Made by a program: the position numbers and the translations under genes
Source of the DNA: a virus
Lineage: Duplodnaviria; Caudoviricetes
DNA length: 24,552 bases
IMG/VR virus record: IMGVR_UViG_3300032125_000017
Coordinates: 1-24,552 of that record
Strand: one strand, 5' to 3'
Shown here: piece after piece, positions 7,253 to 15,981 of the stretch
Position numbering within the stretch: the first letter of the stretch is position 1
Layout: every line of letters starts with the position of its first letter
Notes under the pieces: model-generated
Databases searched by the model: none
The model's input: only the letters and a program-made list of their open reading frames with translations
What the model was told of the DNA's origin: nothing

Positions 7253-7567
7253 CTACTTTCTTATTTCTAAAATGCTTATTCGTTTATCGTGGTCATTCAA
7301 CTCTTCGTCATGTAGTCCAACCTTTAAGTTTAGTTGCTCCCTATCTTTAGCACTATCAGCTAAGTTGTGGTTAAGCAACTCAATTGATCGTGTCAATGGC
7401 TCAACTGATTGCTTGAGTGATTCTGTATTATCTCGTTGTATCTTTTCAGCCATTCTTTTATCTGGTTCAGATACTAACTTTTTGTATATCCAAATTAATG
7501 CTCCTCCTATAATGGTAAAACTTGTAATTATTGAGGTCATTTGTGTTGCTAGTCCACTCCACTCCAT
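7253..7567 (-). CDS. Lysis-associated membrane protein (N-terminal TM plus coiled coil; XhlA-like position)
   Basis: One TM helix, a coiled-coil tail ending HDKRISILE, upstream of the holin. Confidence 0.75.
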   Translation of the reverse strand: MEWSGLATQMTSIITSFTIIGGALIWIYKKLVSEPDKRMAEKIQRDNTESLKQSVEPLTRSIELLNHNLADSAKDREQLNLKVGLHDEELNDHDKRISILEIRK

Positions 7568-7604
7568 ACCGTTCCACCTTTCTTTAAATAAATTAATTCA
7601 ATAT

Positions 7605-7635
7605 AAAAAGACCGGTCCATATTTGGACTGATCTT
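7605..7635 (-). terminator. Intrinsic terminator between tail and lysis modules
   Basis: 12-bp stem (7608-7619 with 7624-7635, two G-U pairs on the minus strand) plus a U-run. Confidence 0.7.
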
Positions 7636-7672
7636 CCTTTTCATAAATTTTCAGTTACCGCGCATTATGGTT

Positions 7673-7765
7673 CTACACCGCTACTTTATCTACTACTATC
7701 GTTTCTTCTTTGGTTGGTGTTTCTTCCGTTTCTTCTTCGGGTACTGTTACTTCTGCCAAATTCAT
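7673..7765 (-). CDS. Acidic 28-30 aa peptide (MNLAEVTVPEEETEETPTKEETIVVDKVAV), possibly a gene remnant
   Basis: Hand-translated. RBS AGGAG precedes ATG 7765 and TTG 7759. Confidence 0.4.
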   Translation of the reverse strand: MNLAEVTVPEEETEETPTKEETIVVDKVAV

Positions 7766-7784
7766 TCACTCCTGTCTAGTTTGT

Positions 7785-8201
7785 TTATTTCCAACGACCT
7801 ATTGCCATCAATCGAACTCTAACAGAATCAGAACTAATAAATGCGTTACTCCCAGTAGCGTAAATACGAGCGAGTACAATGCCGTCAGAAGCATTGCTAC
7901 CAACATTTAATACAGCACTATTCAACTTATCTGCCAATTGAGCGGCATCTTTTGAACCTGTAACGTTCGCTGAATATTCTTCTACGAAAGCAGTCGGTAG
8001 CTGCCAATTAACCGATAACCGTAATGATGAATCATAGGTTGAAGTTAGAGCATTGCTGTAAGCAATTACGGTACCATCGCCATATTTGATAAATCTTCCG
8101 TTTGCATTACTTCCGCTTTCTACTACACCTACCTCTTTGAAATTAGCGTTTATTACTTCCGCTGCATTGCTCATACCTTTTGTGATTTCAGTTAATGCCA
8201 T
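7785..8201 (-). CDS. Small tail fibre/receptor-binding protein (gp53-like C-terminal domain)
   Basis: Motif ESGSNANGRFIKYGDGT and terminal AIGRWK, typical of tail-fibre end domains. Confidence 0.7.
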   Translation of the reverse strand: MALTEITKGMSNAAEVINANFKEVGVVESGSNANGRFIKYGDGTVIAYSNALTSTYDSSLRLSVNWQLPTAFVEEYSANVTGSKDAAQLADKLNSAVLNVGSNASDGIVLARIYATGSNAFISSDSVRVRLMAIGRWK

Positions 8202-9191
8202 TTATATCACCCCTAATTTAATTTGCATTGATTTGATACCTTCTGTTAAATTAATGTTTTTTGCGGATACAGCTTCAACAACTGGATTAGTCATGGCGTA
8301 ATCAATTGGTACTTTAATTTGAACTTGATTTCTGCTCAAATGCTTCACTTTGATTGGTATCGTTTCTGGTGCTGTACCGTCGAAACTAATACCCGCTGGT
8401 TGCATGTCCAACCCAACTGTACCTAAGCCATATTCCCAATAAAGAGCCATTACGTTTGGATAATCGCCTAAGTTGTGCGTAATCGTTAAAACATTCTCAG
8501 TTGCAGTTAGTTTATTTAATTGATTCTGCAGATTACCTGCTTGATTAGTATCTAATTGAGTTTGTAAGTTCGTTAACCAGTTTTGGAATGTTGTTTGTTG
8601 ATCTGTTAGTAATTGCGCCAAATCAGATTCATTTGTATTCGCTGCGGTTTTAAACGATTCAAAAGCCTGTTGAAGCAAGCTGTGATATTGCTGTTCGACC
8701 CCATCGACGTCTAATTCCCCATTCATGATTGAATACCCACAAACTGCTGTGTCTGACCGCGTATCTTTAATATGTGAGTTAAAAATCGCAGTTGCATTTC
8801 GTGGAACTTCGATTCTAGCAAGCTGCATTTCCCAATAATTTTCATCTCGTCTAAGCGAACTCGTACCTTGTTTATAAACCAATTTAATCGTCCGCTCTAA
8901 CATATTTAGCTGGACTGCTATCACGTCTACACGATCAGCGGTAGAACTGCCTGGAGTGACGTTTAATTCGATTGATTCTGTTAATAGATACTGTCTCCCT
9001 TGGATTAAAATAGCTCCAGGTAATACACGCACCTTCATCGCTGCATTGGTAAGTTGCTCTACTTTTAATTTGTCGCCCACAAGTGCAACTACGCCGTTTG
9101 CAAAAATCGTATTGTAAAATAATGCGAAATCTGTATCTGAATACATTCGGTCACCGTCAACACTTGTAAAAGGAAAAACATATTCTGCCAT
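8202..9191 (-). CDS. Baseplate/tail structural protein (BppU-like)
   Basis: Motifs FPFTSVDGDRMY, RVDVIAVQL and IKDTRSDTAVCG; coiled coil; located after the hub gene. Confidence 0.75.
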   Translation of the reverse strand: MAEYVFPFTSVDGDRMYSDTDFALFYNTIFANGVVALVGDKLKVEQLTNAAMKVRVLPGAILIQGRQYLLTESIELNVTPGSSTADRVDVIAVQLNMLERTIKLVYKQGTSSLRRDENYWEMQLARIEVPRNATAIFNSHIKDTRSDTAVCGYSIMNGELDVDGVEQQYHSLLQQAFESFKTAANTNESDLAQLLTDQQTTFQNWLTNLQTQLDTNQAGNLQNQLNKLTATENVLTITHNLGDYPNVMALYWEYGLGTVGLDMQPAGISFDGTAPETIPIKVKHLSRNQVQIKVPIDYAMTNPVVEAVSAKNINLTEGIKSMQIKLGVI

Positions 9192-9193
9192 TT

Positions 9194-9214
9194 AAACACC
9201 TACTTTCTTTTAAT
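9194..9214. repeat. Perfect 21-bp direct repeat, copy 1 (AAACACCTACTTTCTTTTAAT)
   Basis: Identical to 10282-10302. Confidence 0.9.
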
Positions 9215-10276
9215 GAGATCTATTAGGGTAGGACTTCTTTTGCCAAAAGTTGGCACAATTTGAAGTCCGTTTTCATAGATTTCTTGTATTTCTGTTATTT
9301 GAGCGTTGTAAGCCAAATTGAATGTTGGTGAAGAACGTCTGACCGTATCACCTAAATCGTAATCAACTTTGTATTCATATAATTGATTTCTAACGTCAAT
9401 GTCTCCATCAAGAATCAAAATCGCTTGTTGATCCGTTAGTTTCAATTTACCTCGTTCAATCAACGCTTGTTCGTACTCAGCGGCTGTCATTTGTGTTTCA
9501 TCTTCTTTTTCCGTTTGCAAATCACGTGCATCTACATACAGCTCCTTGCGATTCAAACCAGTTTCACTACCTATGGTTACCAATGTTCTAGCAGTTCCTT
9601 CACCTTCACCAGCAACTAGTGCCACATTGCGTTCATCGAAGTCAGAGGCTTCATACGATTCATTTAAGACGTTTTCTGCATCTGTTGTGAACTCCACACT
9701 GTCTGATAGGTCTCTACCTTTAACAAAAGTTACTTTAGAATGCGGCACAAACGGATCCACATACTCTTCTTTAAATCCAAATTCATACGTTTCTGCCAAA
9801 TCTTCGATTGATTCTCGAATCATGCCATAAGAATTTTGATACAAAATACTCGTACCAGTCAAATCTACATCCTCAGCAATACTGATCTGTTTGATTTTTC
9901 TATTAGTATCAGCTGGATTTACGACATGTTTTGAAAGCAAATCTCTTGCGATATATTCGGGACGTGCTTGTTTGCTGTAGTTCTCCCAAATGATACGTTG
10001 GTTTAATAAACCAAAGAATGACACGCCTTTAACCACTAACACACCTGTTTGCAAGTCTTCCACGCCAGAAAAATTGATATAATAAAAAACGCTATCTATT
10101 CGAATAGCGTTTCCTATTTTAAGATTGGTTAAATTATCCATTGAAAGACCTATTTTTAATTCAAAATCATTTGACGTGAAGAATCTGCGATTAACCACTA
10201 GGCTAATAAAACTATCAATTACTGCTGTTTGTTCGTAATCACTCGCGTTTATTTTTTTGAATACTTCTAATTCCAT
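9200..10276 (-). CDS. Siphovirus ReqiPepy6 Gp37-like tail hub/Tal-type protein
   Basis: Motifs NVALVAGEGEGTAR, GLNRKELYVDARD and YKVDYDLGDTV. Confidence 0.85.
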   Translation of the reverse strand: MELEVFKKINASDYEQTAVIDSFISLVVNRRFFTSNDFELKIGLSMDNLTNLKIGNAIRIDSVFYYINFSGVEDLQTGVLVVKGVSFFGLLNQRIIWENYSKQARPEYIARDLLSKHVVNPADTNRKIKQISIAEDVDLTGTSILYQNSYGMIRESIEDLAETYEFGFKEEYVDPFVPHSKVTFVKGRDLSDSVEFTTDAENVLNESYEASDFDERNVALVAGEGEGTARTLVTIGSETGLNRKELYVDARDLQTEKEDETQMTAAEYEQALIERGKLKLTDQQAILILDGDIDVRNQLYEYKVDYDLGDTVRRSSPTFNLAYNAQITEIQEIYENGLQIVPTFGKRSPTLIDLIKRK

Positions 10277-10281
10277 TAAAA

Positions 10282-10302
10282 AAACACCTACTTTCTTTTA
10301 AT
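10282..10302. repeat. Perfect 21-bp direct repeat, copy 2
   Basis: Identical to 9194-9214; contains the RBS of the hub gene. Confidence 0.9.
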
Positions 10303-10320
10303 ATAATTGTCTGTCATAAT
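10292..10320 (+). promoter_or_regulatory. Candidate promoter of the antisense accessory gene (TTTCTT-N17-CATAAT with TGn extension; alternative TATAAT at 10302)
   Basis: Upstream of RBS AAGGAGGTG at 10329-10337. Confidence 0.5.
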
Positions 10321-10342
10321 CACTTTATAAGGAGGTGATTAA

Positions 10343-10645
10343 ATGGAAAAGTGGCAAGAAATATATGTTAATAAAGCTTCGATAAAAGATATCTCTATTC
10401 AGGGTTTACTTAAGGTCCAGCCGGATTCAGCTTATATATTTTATACAGATTCTTATTGGGTAAAAGGAAAACCTGTATTAGCTGAAGATGGAGAATTTAC
10501 ACCAGAAGGGTATCTATTTTTAAAAGATGCTCAAATTTTCTCTTTATTAAAAGATTCAACCCTTCCTGCCGGGAATAGCGCTCATATGCGATTGGCTGTT
10601 GATAAAATTACAGCTTTTCGGATAATTGACGCAAAATACCTTTAG
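10343..10645 (+). CDS. Antisense accessory (moron) protein, 100 aa, possibly GvpU/Sm-like beta fold
   Basis: Perfect RBS, sits in the gap between tail genes on the opposite strand, and has its own terminator. The fold is a guess from YLFLKDAQIF...RLAVDKITAF. Confidence 0.85.
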   Translation: MEKWQEIYVNKASIKDISIQGLLKVQPDSAYIFYTDSYWVKGKPVLAEDGEFTPEGYLFLKDAQIFSLLKDSTLPAGNSAHMRLAVDKITAFRIIDAKYL

Positions 10646-10787
10646 TTTCCTCATGTATAAATTCTATATTTTTCGGTTTTGGACTATTGATTAGTTGTTC
10701 TATATTAACCGGTCTCTCACTGTTATTTGCGATAACTTTGAGAGACTGGTTTATTTCTTCTAATATTCTTAAAGTTTCCTTTTCCAC
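10608..10787 (-). CDS. Unannotated 59-aa late protein (MEKETLRILEEINQSLKVIANNSERPVNIEQLINSPKPKNIEFIHEETKGILRQLSEKL)
   Basis: Hand-translated. GTG lies 2 nt after the dit stop, with RBS GGGGGTG; 3' end overlaps the + strand gene by 38 nt. Confidence 0.7.
   Translation of the reverse strand: MEKETLRILEEINQSLKVIANNSERPVNIEQLINSPKPKNIEFIHEETKGILRQLSEKL
10707..10760 (+). terminator. Terminator of the antisense accessory gene
   Basis: 13-bp stem AACCGGTCTCTCA/TGAGAGACTGGTT (one G-U on the + strand), inner stem GTTAT/ATAAC, T-rich tail. Confidence 0.65.
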
Positions 10788-10789
10788 TC

Positions 10790-11662
10790 TTACACCCCCA
10801 ATAACTTCGGATCAAATTTAATGTAGCTAGTCGTAAATTTAACACCGCTGTCTGCTTGCAATTGCAAGTAGTTGATTCCTCTATCAATTTGTAAAAACTT
10901 TGATTCTACCTTGCGTTTGGTCATGATGTTATACCAACCGTCGCCATCATCTTGTTCTACTTTCTTCTTGCCACGGACCGTTGATATTCTTAATTTCGTA
11001 CCAGTCATAAACGTACCTTTCAAAGCGAAATAGTCTTGTGTGATCACATTGTACAAACGCGGATTCACTAAAGGTCCATTCACATTAATCGTAAATACAG
11101 CGCCGACTGATACATGACCATTGTTTTGTATTTCGATCACATCACCGGCGATTAATTGCGCAAACTCAAAAGTATTCGTAATGTTTAGAGGGAAACTGAA
11201 TAACGGTTCGATTCGTGCCATTGGTATTTCTGCATCTATTTCTGATTTGTCCGTCCAGTAGGGATCAAGTGCTTTTAAAAGGAGTTTAAATTTTTGAGTA
11301 ATGTTAGATTTATCCATATCGAAATCAGGACCATGTTCTATTTCTACATCAATAGAAAACATTTTTCCGTCTTCTTCGTATAAAAGGGTTCCTGATATTT
11401 TAGGATTAAGAACAACAGCTATCTCGCGTCTGTATTCAGCTAAATCAACACTGCTGTTAGCTAGTATTTCTCCTTCTACTTCTAAATCTCTTATCACTAA
11501 TTTTTTATCAGACACTACAGCGCCATCCAACCCATAAAGCTGTGTGCTTTTAATTTCGTTTTGTACTGGACCGAAACCCGCAATTTTAGTTAAGAAAAAA
11601 GGCGGTTTAGCACTTAAACTGATACTACCGCCTTCAATATTAGTATATTTAATTAATTTCAT
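10790..11662 (-). CDS. Distal tail protein (Dit, Sipho_tail family)
   Basis: Follows the tape measure gene; motifs LKALDPYW, IQNNGHVSVGAVF and FLQIDRGINYL. Confidence 0.88.
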   Translation of the reverse strand: MKLIKYTNIEGGSISLSAKPPFFLTKIAGFGPVQNEIKSTQLYGLDGAVVSDKKLVIRDLEVEGEILANSSVDLAEYRREIAVVLNPKISGTLLYEEDGKMFSIDVEIEHGPDFDMDKSNITQKFKLLLKALDPYWTDKSEIDAEIPMARIEPLFSFPLNITNTFEFAQLIAGDVIEIQNNGHVSVGAVFTINVNGPLVNPRLYNVITQDYFALKGTFMTGTKLRISTVRGKKKVEQDDGDGWYNIMTKRKVESKFLQIDRGINYLQLQADSGVKFTTSYIKFDPKLLGV

Positions 11663-11676
11663 TATTGACCTCTTTT

Positions 11677-13800
11677 CTAAAGACCATACGCTAATCTTTG
11701 CAAAGATAATTTCATTTGTCTTGAAGCTTCTCTTTCTGTCAGTGGCTCAGGAGTGGTGATGTAATTCGTGATGTTTATTTCTTTTTTACTTTCTTTGTCA
11801 TCAACCATCTCGTCACTGATACCTCGACCAATACCGCCTAAAGTGTCTCTATTTAAAGGGATAATTGCTTCCGGGTCTTTACCTTCGCCAACACCTTGTA
11901 AACCTCTAGATGTGTCGAATATAGTCGCTTTATCAAAGATACCTCCAGCTGCGTTCCAGTTTACAGATAGCTTAGGAACCCCTTCAGTTATCCATTTCAA
12001 AGGATTCTTAGATCCGCTAACACTAAAAGTCGGCATACTAATTTTAGGTAACTTCCAACTAAAGTTAAAGAAACCTTTCATTTTATCTATAGCTGTACTA
12101 ACCGCATTTTTGGCTTTGTTGATTGGTGTCATTATGCCATCATATACCTCAGTGAATTTAGATTTGACAGATGAAACAACCCCAGAAGCCTTTTCTGTAA
12201 CACCACTTTTCAAAGCTTGGAATTTCTCGACTGCTGCTGTTTTCATTTCACTGAATTTTGCAACCGTATTCGATTTCATTTCAGCTATTTTACTGACAAC
12301 TGCCGATTTCATTTCGTTGAATTTATTTACTGCACTATCTTTCAAACGCACAACAGTAGCAACTGCTGACGTTTTCAATTCGTTAAATTTATTAGTGACA
12401 GCAGTTTTCATATTTTGAATAGATTCACTAGCCTTGTCTTTCAATTCGTTGAATTTTTCAGATACTTTAGATGCTAATTCTTTTGCTTTTTCTTTTATAA
12501 CATCCCAGTTTTGCCACATTAATACACCAATTGCTATGACTGCTGCGATTGCTGCCGCAACCAATACCAAAGGCCAGTTGATAGATAACATCGCTACACC
12601 AACTGCTGTGTATGCTAAACTTGCAAACCCTGCTACTGTTGCTCCAATCCCCAATGCAGCATTAAACAACGTGATAGCTCCTGTAGTAATGGCGAAAACT
12701 GCTGCTGCCCCACCTATTCCAGCAATCAATGGTAACCACTTATCAATAAACGCTTGTATATCATCTTTCATTTTAACGAAATCTATTTCTAACATTGCAT
12801 CTTTTAATTCCGTTAATGCTGCTTTTAGATCATCTAAAAATGTGCTATTACTCATTGTGTCTTTCATAGATTGAAACGCATCAACGACTGGTTGCATAAC
12901 CTCTTTTAACGTTCCCCAAGCGGTAGAATCGGCAACTTCTGCCTTTAAACTACCAAACCATCCTTGAAACGCTACTACTTTTTCACCAGCTGTACTTAAC
13001 CAATCAGACACTCCCATCAATCCAGCAACGACTGGTTCCAAAATTGGGCCACCAACAACAGCAAGGAAATCTTGCCATGCTTGTTTTAAGTTACCTACTT
13101 GGTTTTCATAACCTTCTGATTCTCTAGCTGCTTGACCAGTTGCTCCGGCTTGTTCTTGCATGTTTTTAGCATATTCTAAACGTGTTGCTTGTTTCGTTGC
13201 TTCATCTAGCTTTTGCCAATCAGCTGTTGATCCAACTAATCCTTGTGAGATTGCGTATTGAGCCATTTGTGTTTCATTAGCAAATATACCGATGGCTTCT
13301 CCGGCTTCGTAATTACCTTTTAAGAAAGATGTTAGTGATGAATTAGCTGTTTCATAAGATACATCATAGAAGGCTGCTGCATCTGCTGCTGCAGTTACCG
13401 ATGTTTCAGCTTTTGCCATCGCTTCTTCTGTTGTCATACCTAAACCTTTGAACATAGACACAGTAGCTGCAAATGGTTGTTTTAGTCTATTGGGTAACAT
13501 ACCAAAAGACTTACCTAGTTCTTCAACTTTAGTTTGTGCTTCTGTTCCTAAGCTACCAAACACTTGGTCAAATTGTGATTGGATAGCTTTAGCTGTTGCA
13601 GCTGCTTCAACGGCCATTTTACCGAATCCAATTACCTTAGTTACAGCAAACGCTGCTCCAATGGCTACCGCTGCTTTTTTAAAGAATCCGGCTATCTTAC
13701 TTCCAGCACCTTTAGCCTTACCTGTTGTTTCATCAATACCTTTGTTCGCTTCTTCATTGTTTAATCCAATTGTTCCAAACAGTTTGAATATCTCACCCAT
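11677..13800 (-). CDS. Tape measure protein, 707 aa
   Basis: Start MGEIFKLFGTIG; Ala/Gly-rich helices; hydrophobic segment; ~11-residue KFxExK repeats; C-terminal WNAAGGIF...GVGE...PEAIIPL. Confidence 0.93.
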   Translation of the reverse strand: MGEIFKLFGTIGLNNEEANKGIDETTGKAKGAGSKIAGFFKKAAVAIGAAFAVTKVIGFGKMAVEAAATAKAIQSQFDQVFGSLGTEAQTKVEELGKSFGMLPNRLKQPFAATVSMFKGLGMTTEEAMAKAETSVTAAADAAAFYDVSYETANSSLTSFLKGNYEAGEAIGIFANETQMAQYAISQGLVGSTADWQKLDEATKQATRLEYAKNMQEQAGATGQAARESEGYENQVGNLKQAWQDFLAVVGGPILEPVVAGLMGVSDWLSTAGEKVVAFQGWFGSLKAEVADSTAWGTLKEVMQPVVDAFQSMKDTMSNSTFLDDLKAALTELKDAMLEIDFVKMKDDIQAFIDKWLPLIAGIGGAAAVFAITTGAITLFNAALGIGATVAGFASLAYTAVGVAMLSINWPLVLVAAAIAAVIAIGVLMWQNWDVIKEKAKELASKVSEKFNELKDKASESIQNMKTAVTNKFNELKTSAVATVVRLKDSAVNKFNEMKSAVVSKIAEMKSNTVAKFSEMKTAAVEKFQALKSGVTEKASGVVSSVKSKFTEVYDGIMTPINKAKNAVSTAIDKMKGFFNFSWKLPKISMPTFSVSGSKNPLKWITEGVPKLSVNWNAAGGIFDKATIFDTSRGLQGVGEGKDPEAIIPLNRDTLGGIGRGISDEMVDDKESKKEINITNYITTPEPLTEREASRQMKLSLQRLAYGL

Positions 13801-14138
13801 TAGTTTTCACCGCCTTTATTAATCGGCTTAATAAACTGCATTGAACTTTCTATAATTTTCTTTTCTTCTTCTTTTGATAACGTTTCTTTCTTTTTCTTAC
13901 GTGAATTTTTAAAGTATTTCTTTTTAAAATCAGCGAATGTATTCTGTTGGTCCTTGTGTAACCACGTGTCCCAAAGTTCATCCTCTTTGTTTTTATCGAA
14001 CATACTTAAAACAAAATCCGCTAAACCTTCAAGCGAATAAGTCGCCATCAAGCTTAACGGATTGCTATATCTTTTGAACAACGCATCTTTTAGTTCAAAT
14101 TCGCCATTTTCTCTTATAGTAACGATGCGATAGATGAG
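13800..14138 (-). CDS. Tail assembly chaperone GT extension (-1 frameshift frame; ORF track 13800..14081)
   Basis: Frame is open from the slippery site to 13800; no good RBS at TTG 14081. Confidence 0.8.
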   Translation of the reverse strand, partial: LIYRIVTIRENGEFELKDALFKRYSNPLSLMATYSLEGLADFVLSMFDKNKEDELWDTWLHKDQQNTFADFKKKYFKNSRKKKKETLSKEEEKKIIESSMQFIKPINKGGEN

Positions 14139-14527
14139 AAAAAATCTGATAGTTCCGGTTTCTTAAAGAAGCCGATGATTAAGCCGGTATATTGCTTTAA
14201 ACCTAACTCTTGGATTTCTTTAATAGATGCGCCAGTTAGATCAGATAATAATGCGTTGATGTCTGTTTTTAATTTATTCGCATTCATCAATACTTTTTGC
14301 ATCAAACTAGCCATTGCATCCATACCACGTTTTTCTGCTTCTAATTCTTGTTTAGCTAACTCTGCTTTAGTTGGTTCTTTCTTCTTTTTATCCGTTGGAA
14401 CTACTTTGCCAGCTTCTGCATTACCTTCAAACATTTTAATGAATTCTTCTTTAATATCTAATTTACCTACAATTGAAAGAAGAGTGAATAAATCATCACC
14501 CTTCAACTCTCTCATTTCTAATGTCAT
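14114..14527 (-). CDS. Tail assembly chaperone (gpG-like)
   Basis: Between major tail and tape measure genes; ends PELSDFF at the slippery sequence. Confidence 0.85.
   Translation of the reverse strand: MTLEMRELKGDDLFTLLSIVGKLDIKEEFIKMFEGNAEAGKVVPTDKKKKEPTKAELAKQELEAEKRGMDAMASLMQKVLMNANKLKTDINALLSDLTGASIKEIQELGLKQYTGLIIGFFKKPELSDFFSSIASLL
14138..14144 (-). other. -1 programmed frameshift site T TTT TTC
   Basis: X XXY YYZ heptamer in frame near the chaperone 3' end; the -1 frame joins the next ORF. Confidence 0.8.
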
Positions 14528-14575
14528 TGCCTAACCTCCATATAATAACAGCCGGCTATAACCGGCTCATTCGTT

Positions 14576-15175
14576 TTAAACTGCTGTTACTGTTGGGAAT
14601 AAGATTCTCCACGGAAATTCATCAGCATCTAATTGGTCTACTGTTGCATGCGCTTCGTAAACTTGTTCGATAACTGTTTCGTTGTTGTCCTCTGTTGCCA
14701 TTTCTAAGCCGCTTGTGCATAGTGCGTTGTCCAGGATAGCAATAACTGGTTCGTTTGTTCCGCTCAACGTTCCAACTACTGCGATGTTATTAAGGTAATC
14801 GCCTTCGTCTAAGTAACGTTTAGTTGTGATCACTTTGTAGCCTGTTGGTGCATCTGTGCCACTTGCTTCAGCAATTGCTCCGTTCAATGATTGACGGATT
14901 GTTTCAGCCGTGATCTCTTTCATGTTAGCCGTAACAGTAGCTGTTGCTGATTCTAATACTTTGTTGCCTTTAACTTTCATGTGGCTTGTACCATCTACTT
15001 CAATATCACGATAAGATTGTTCAACGGTCAATGTAACCCCACCAGATGTTGCTCCGTGAAGCGTTCCTGTAAACCCTGTTACGTCCTCATAAGCAATAGA
15101 TGTGTAAACTGTTGCTGCATTGATCACATAGTTCTTAGCTGTTGTTTCTGAATAACCTGTTTTCTTCAAAGCCAT
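14576..15175 (-). CDS. Major tail (tube) protein
   Basis: Motif GATSGGVTL...YRDIEVDG; size and position. Confidence 0.85.
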   Translation of the reverse strand: MALKKTGYSETTAKNYVINAATVYTSIAYEDVTGFTGTLHGATSGGVTLTVEQSYRDIEVDGTSHMKVKGNKVLESATATVTANMKEITAETIRQSLNGAIAEASGTDAPTGYKVITTKRYLDEGDYLNNIAVVGTLSGTNEPVIAILDNALCTSGLEMATEDNNETVIEQVYEAHATVDQLDADEFPWRILFPTVTAV

Positions 15176-15543
15176 TATTGTTTCCTCCAGTCAGTTTTAC
15201 AATAGAATTGCAAACTTCTTCTTTTTATTTTGTCGTCACCTGTTGAAACTTTGTTTGAACGCAAAAAATTAAACCGAATGAATAAATCATCGGTCAACTT
15301 CGTATTGTCTTTAAAATGGTCTTTTAACGATTGTTCCAACGTGAACACGTTAATGTAAGATGTGTTGTTGTCGAATACGTCTACATCAATGTAAAAGCCG
15401 TCTACGTTGCGTTCTAAGCCTTCTGTATCGAAATCAAACGTCAAGTAAGGATAAACTACTGTTGTTTTACGATTTTTTTCATGAAAGCTTTCAGCCGTTA
15501 TTGTTTTAAATTGCGCTGTTAATTCTTTTAGAAATTCAATCAT
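15175..15543 (-). CDS. Tail terminator/completion protein
   Basis: Motifs YPYLTF and IDVDVFD; located before the major tail gene. Confidence 0.75.
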   Translation of the reverse strand: MIEFLKELTAQFKTITAESFHEKNRKTTVVYPYLTFDFDTEGLERNVDGFYIDVDVFDNNTSYINVFTLEQSLKDHFKDNTKLTDDLFIRFNFLRSNKVSTGDDKIKRRSLQFYCKTDWRKQ

Positions 15544-15546
15544 CTG

Positions 15547-15981
15547 CTATTTCCCCTTAAATGATATTTTAAAGCTGTTACCTAGAATGGATTGTATTTG
15601 CTGTTTGTTTTTTCTGAATGCTGGACGTAAAAAAGGCTGTGGATCTTGACCCCAAGTGAAGAACCATTCACCAGATGAATCTTGATAGTTCCATCCACCT
15701 TTTCTACCGGCCCCATTTTCAGCAAATTCACCAGTACCATATTCAACATACATTGCATAAGTCATTGGTGACCCAACAGTTCCAACTATATTCCCATTTT
15801 TCTTACTAACTTTATGATTTATTTTGTCACGCAATTCACCACTATCACCAACCGGTGCTAATGCCTTCGCTTGACCTTCAACATATAAAGTTGCTGCTTC
15901 CATTGCTTTTTGCGATGCTAAATCCATTGCTTTCTTGACAATGCCGGAATTATCTTCAAATTGAAATCCGCCTTTAGCCAC
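15547..15981 (-). CDS. HK97 gp10-family tail morphogenesis protein
   Basis: Motifs AKALAPV..SGELR, YAMYVEYGTG and PQPFLRPAF. Start moved to GTG 15981 behind RBS AAGGTG. Confidence 0.9.
   Translation of the reverse strand: MAKGGFQFEDNSGIVKKAMDLASQKAMEAATLYVEGQAKALAPVGDSGELRDKINHKVSKKNGNIVGTVGSPMTYAMYVEYGTGEFAENGAGRKGGWNYQDSSGEWFFTWGQDPQPFLRPAFRKNKQQIQSILGNSFKISFKGK

Noticed and set aside
7252-7262. 11-bp partial match (CCTACTTTCTT) to the 21-bp repeat
   Set aside because: Short and explained by a shared stop codon plus Shine-Dalgarno context.
7785-9191. Diversity-generating retroelement or invertible tail-fibre cassette
   Set aside because: No reverse transcriptase, template/variable repeat pair, invertase or inverted fibre segments were seen.
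11301-14534. Several + strand ORFs (up to 216 aa) opposite dit, tape measure and chaperone genes
   Set aside because: Antisense shadows caused by codon bias, with no RBS, promoter or terminator, unlike 10343..10645.
14550-14567. AGCCGG-CTATAA-CCGGCT hairpin after the major tail gene
   Set aside because: No proper U-tract; at most a weak pause or stability hairpin.
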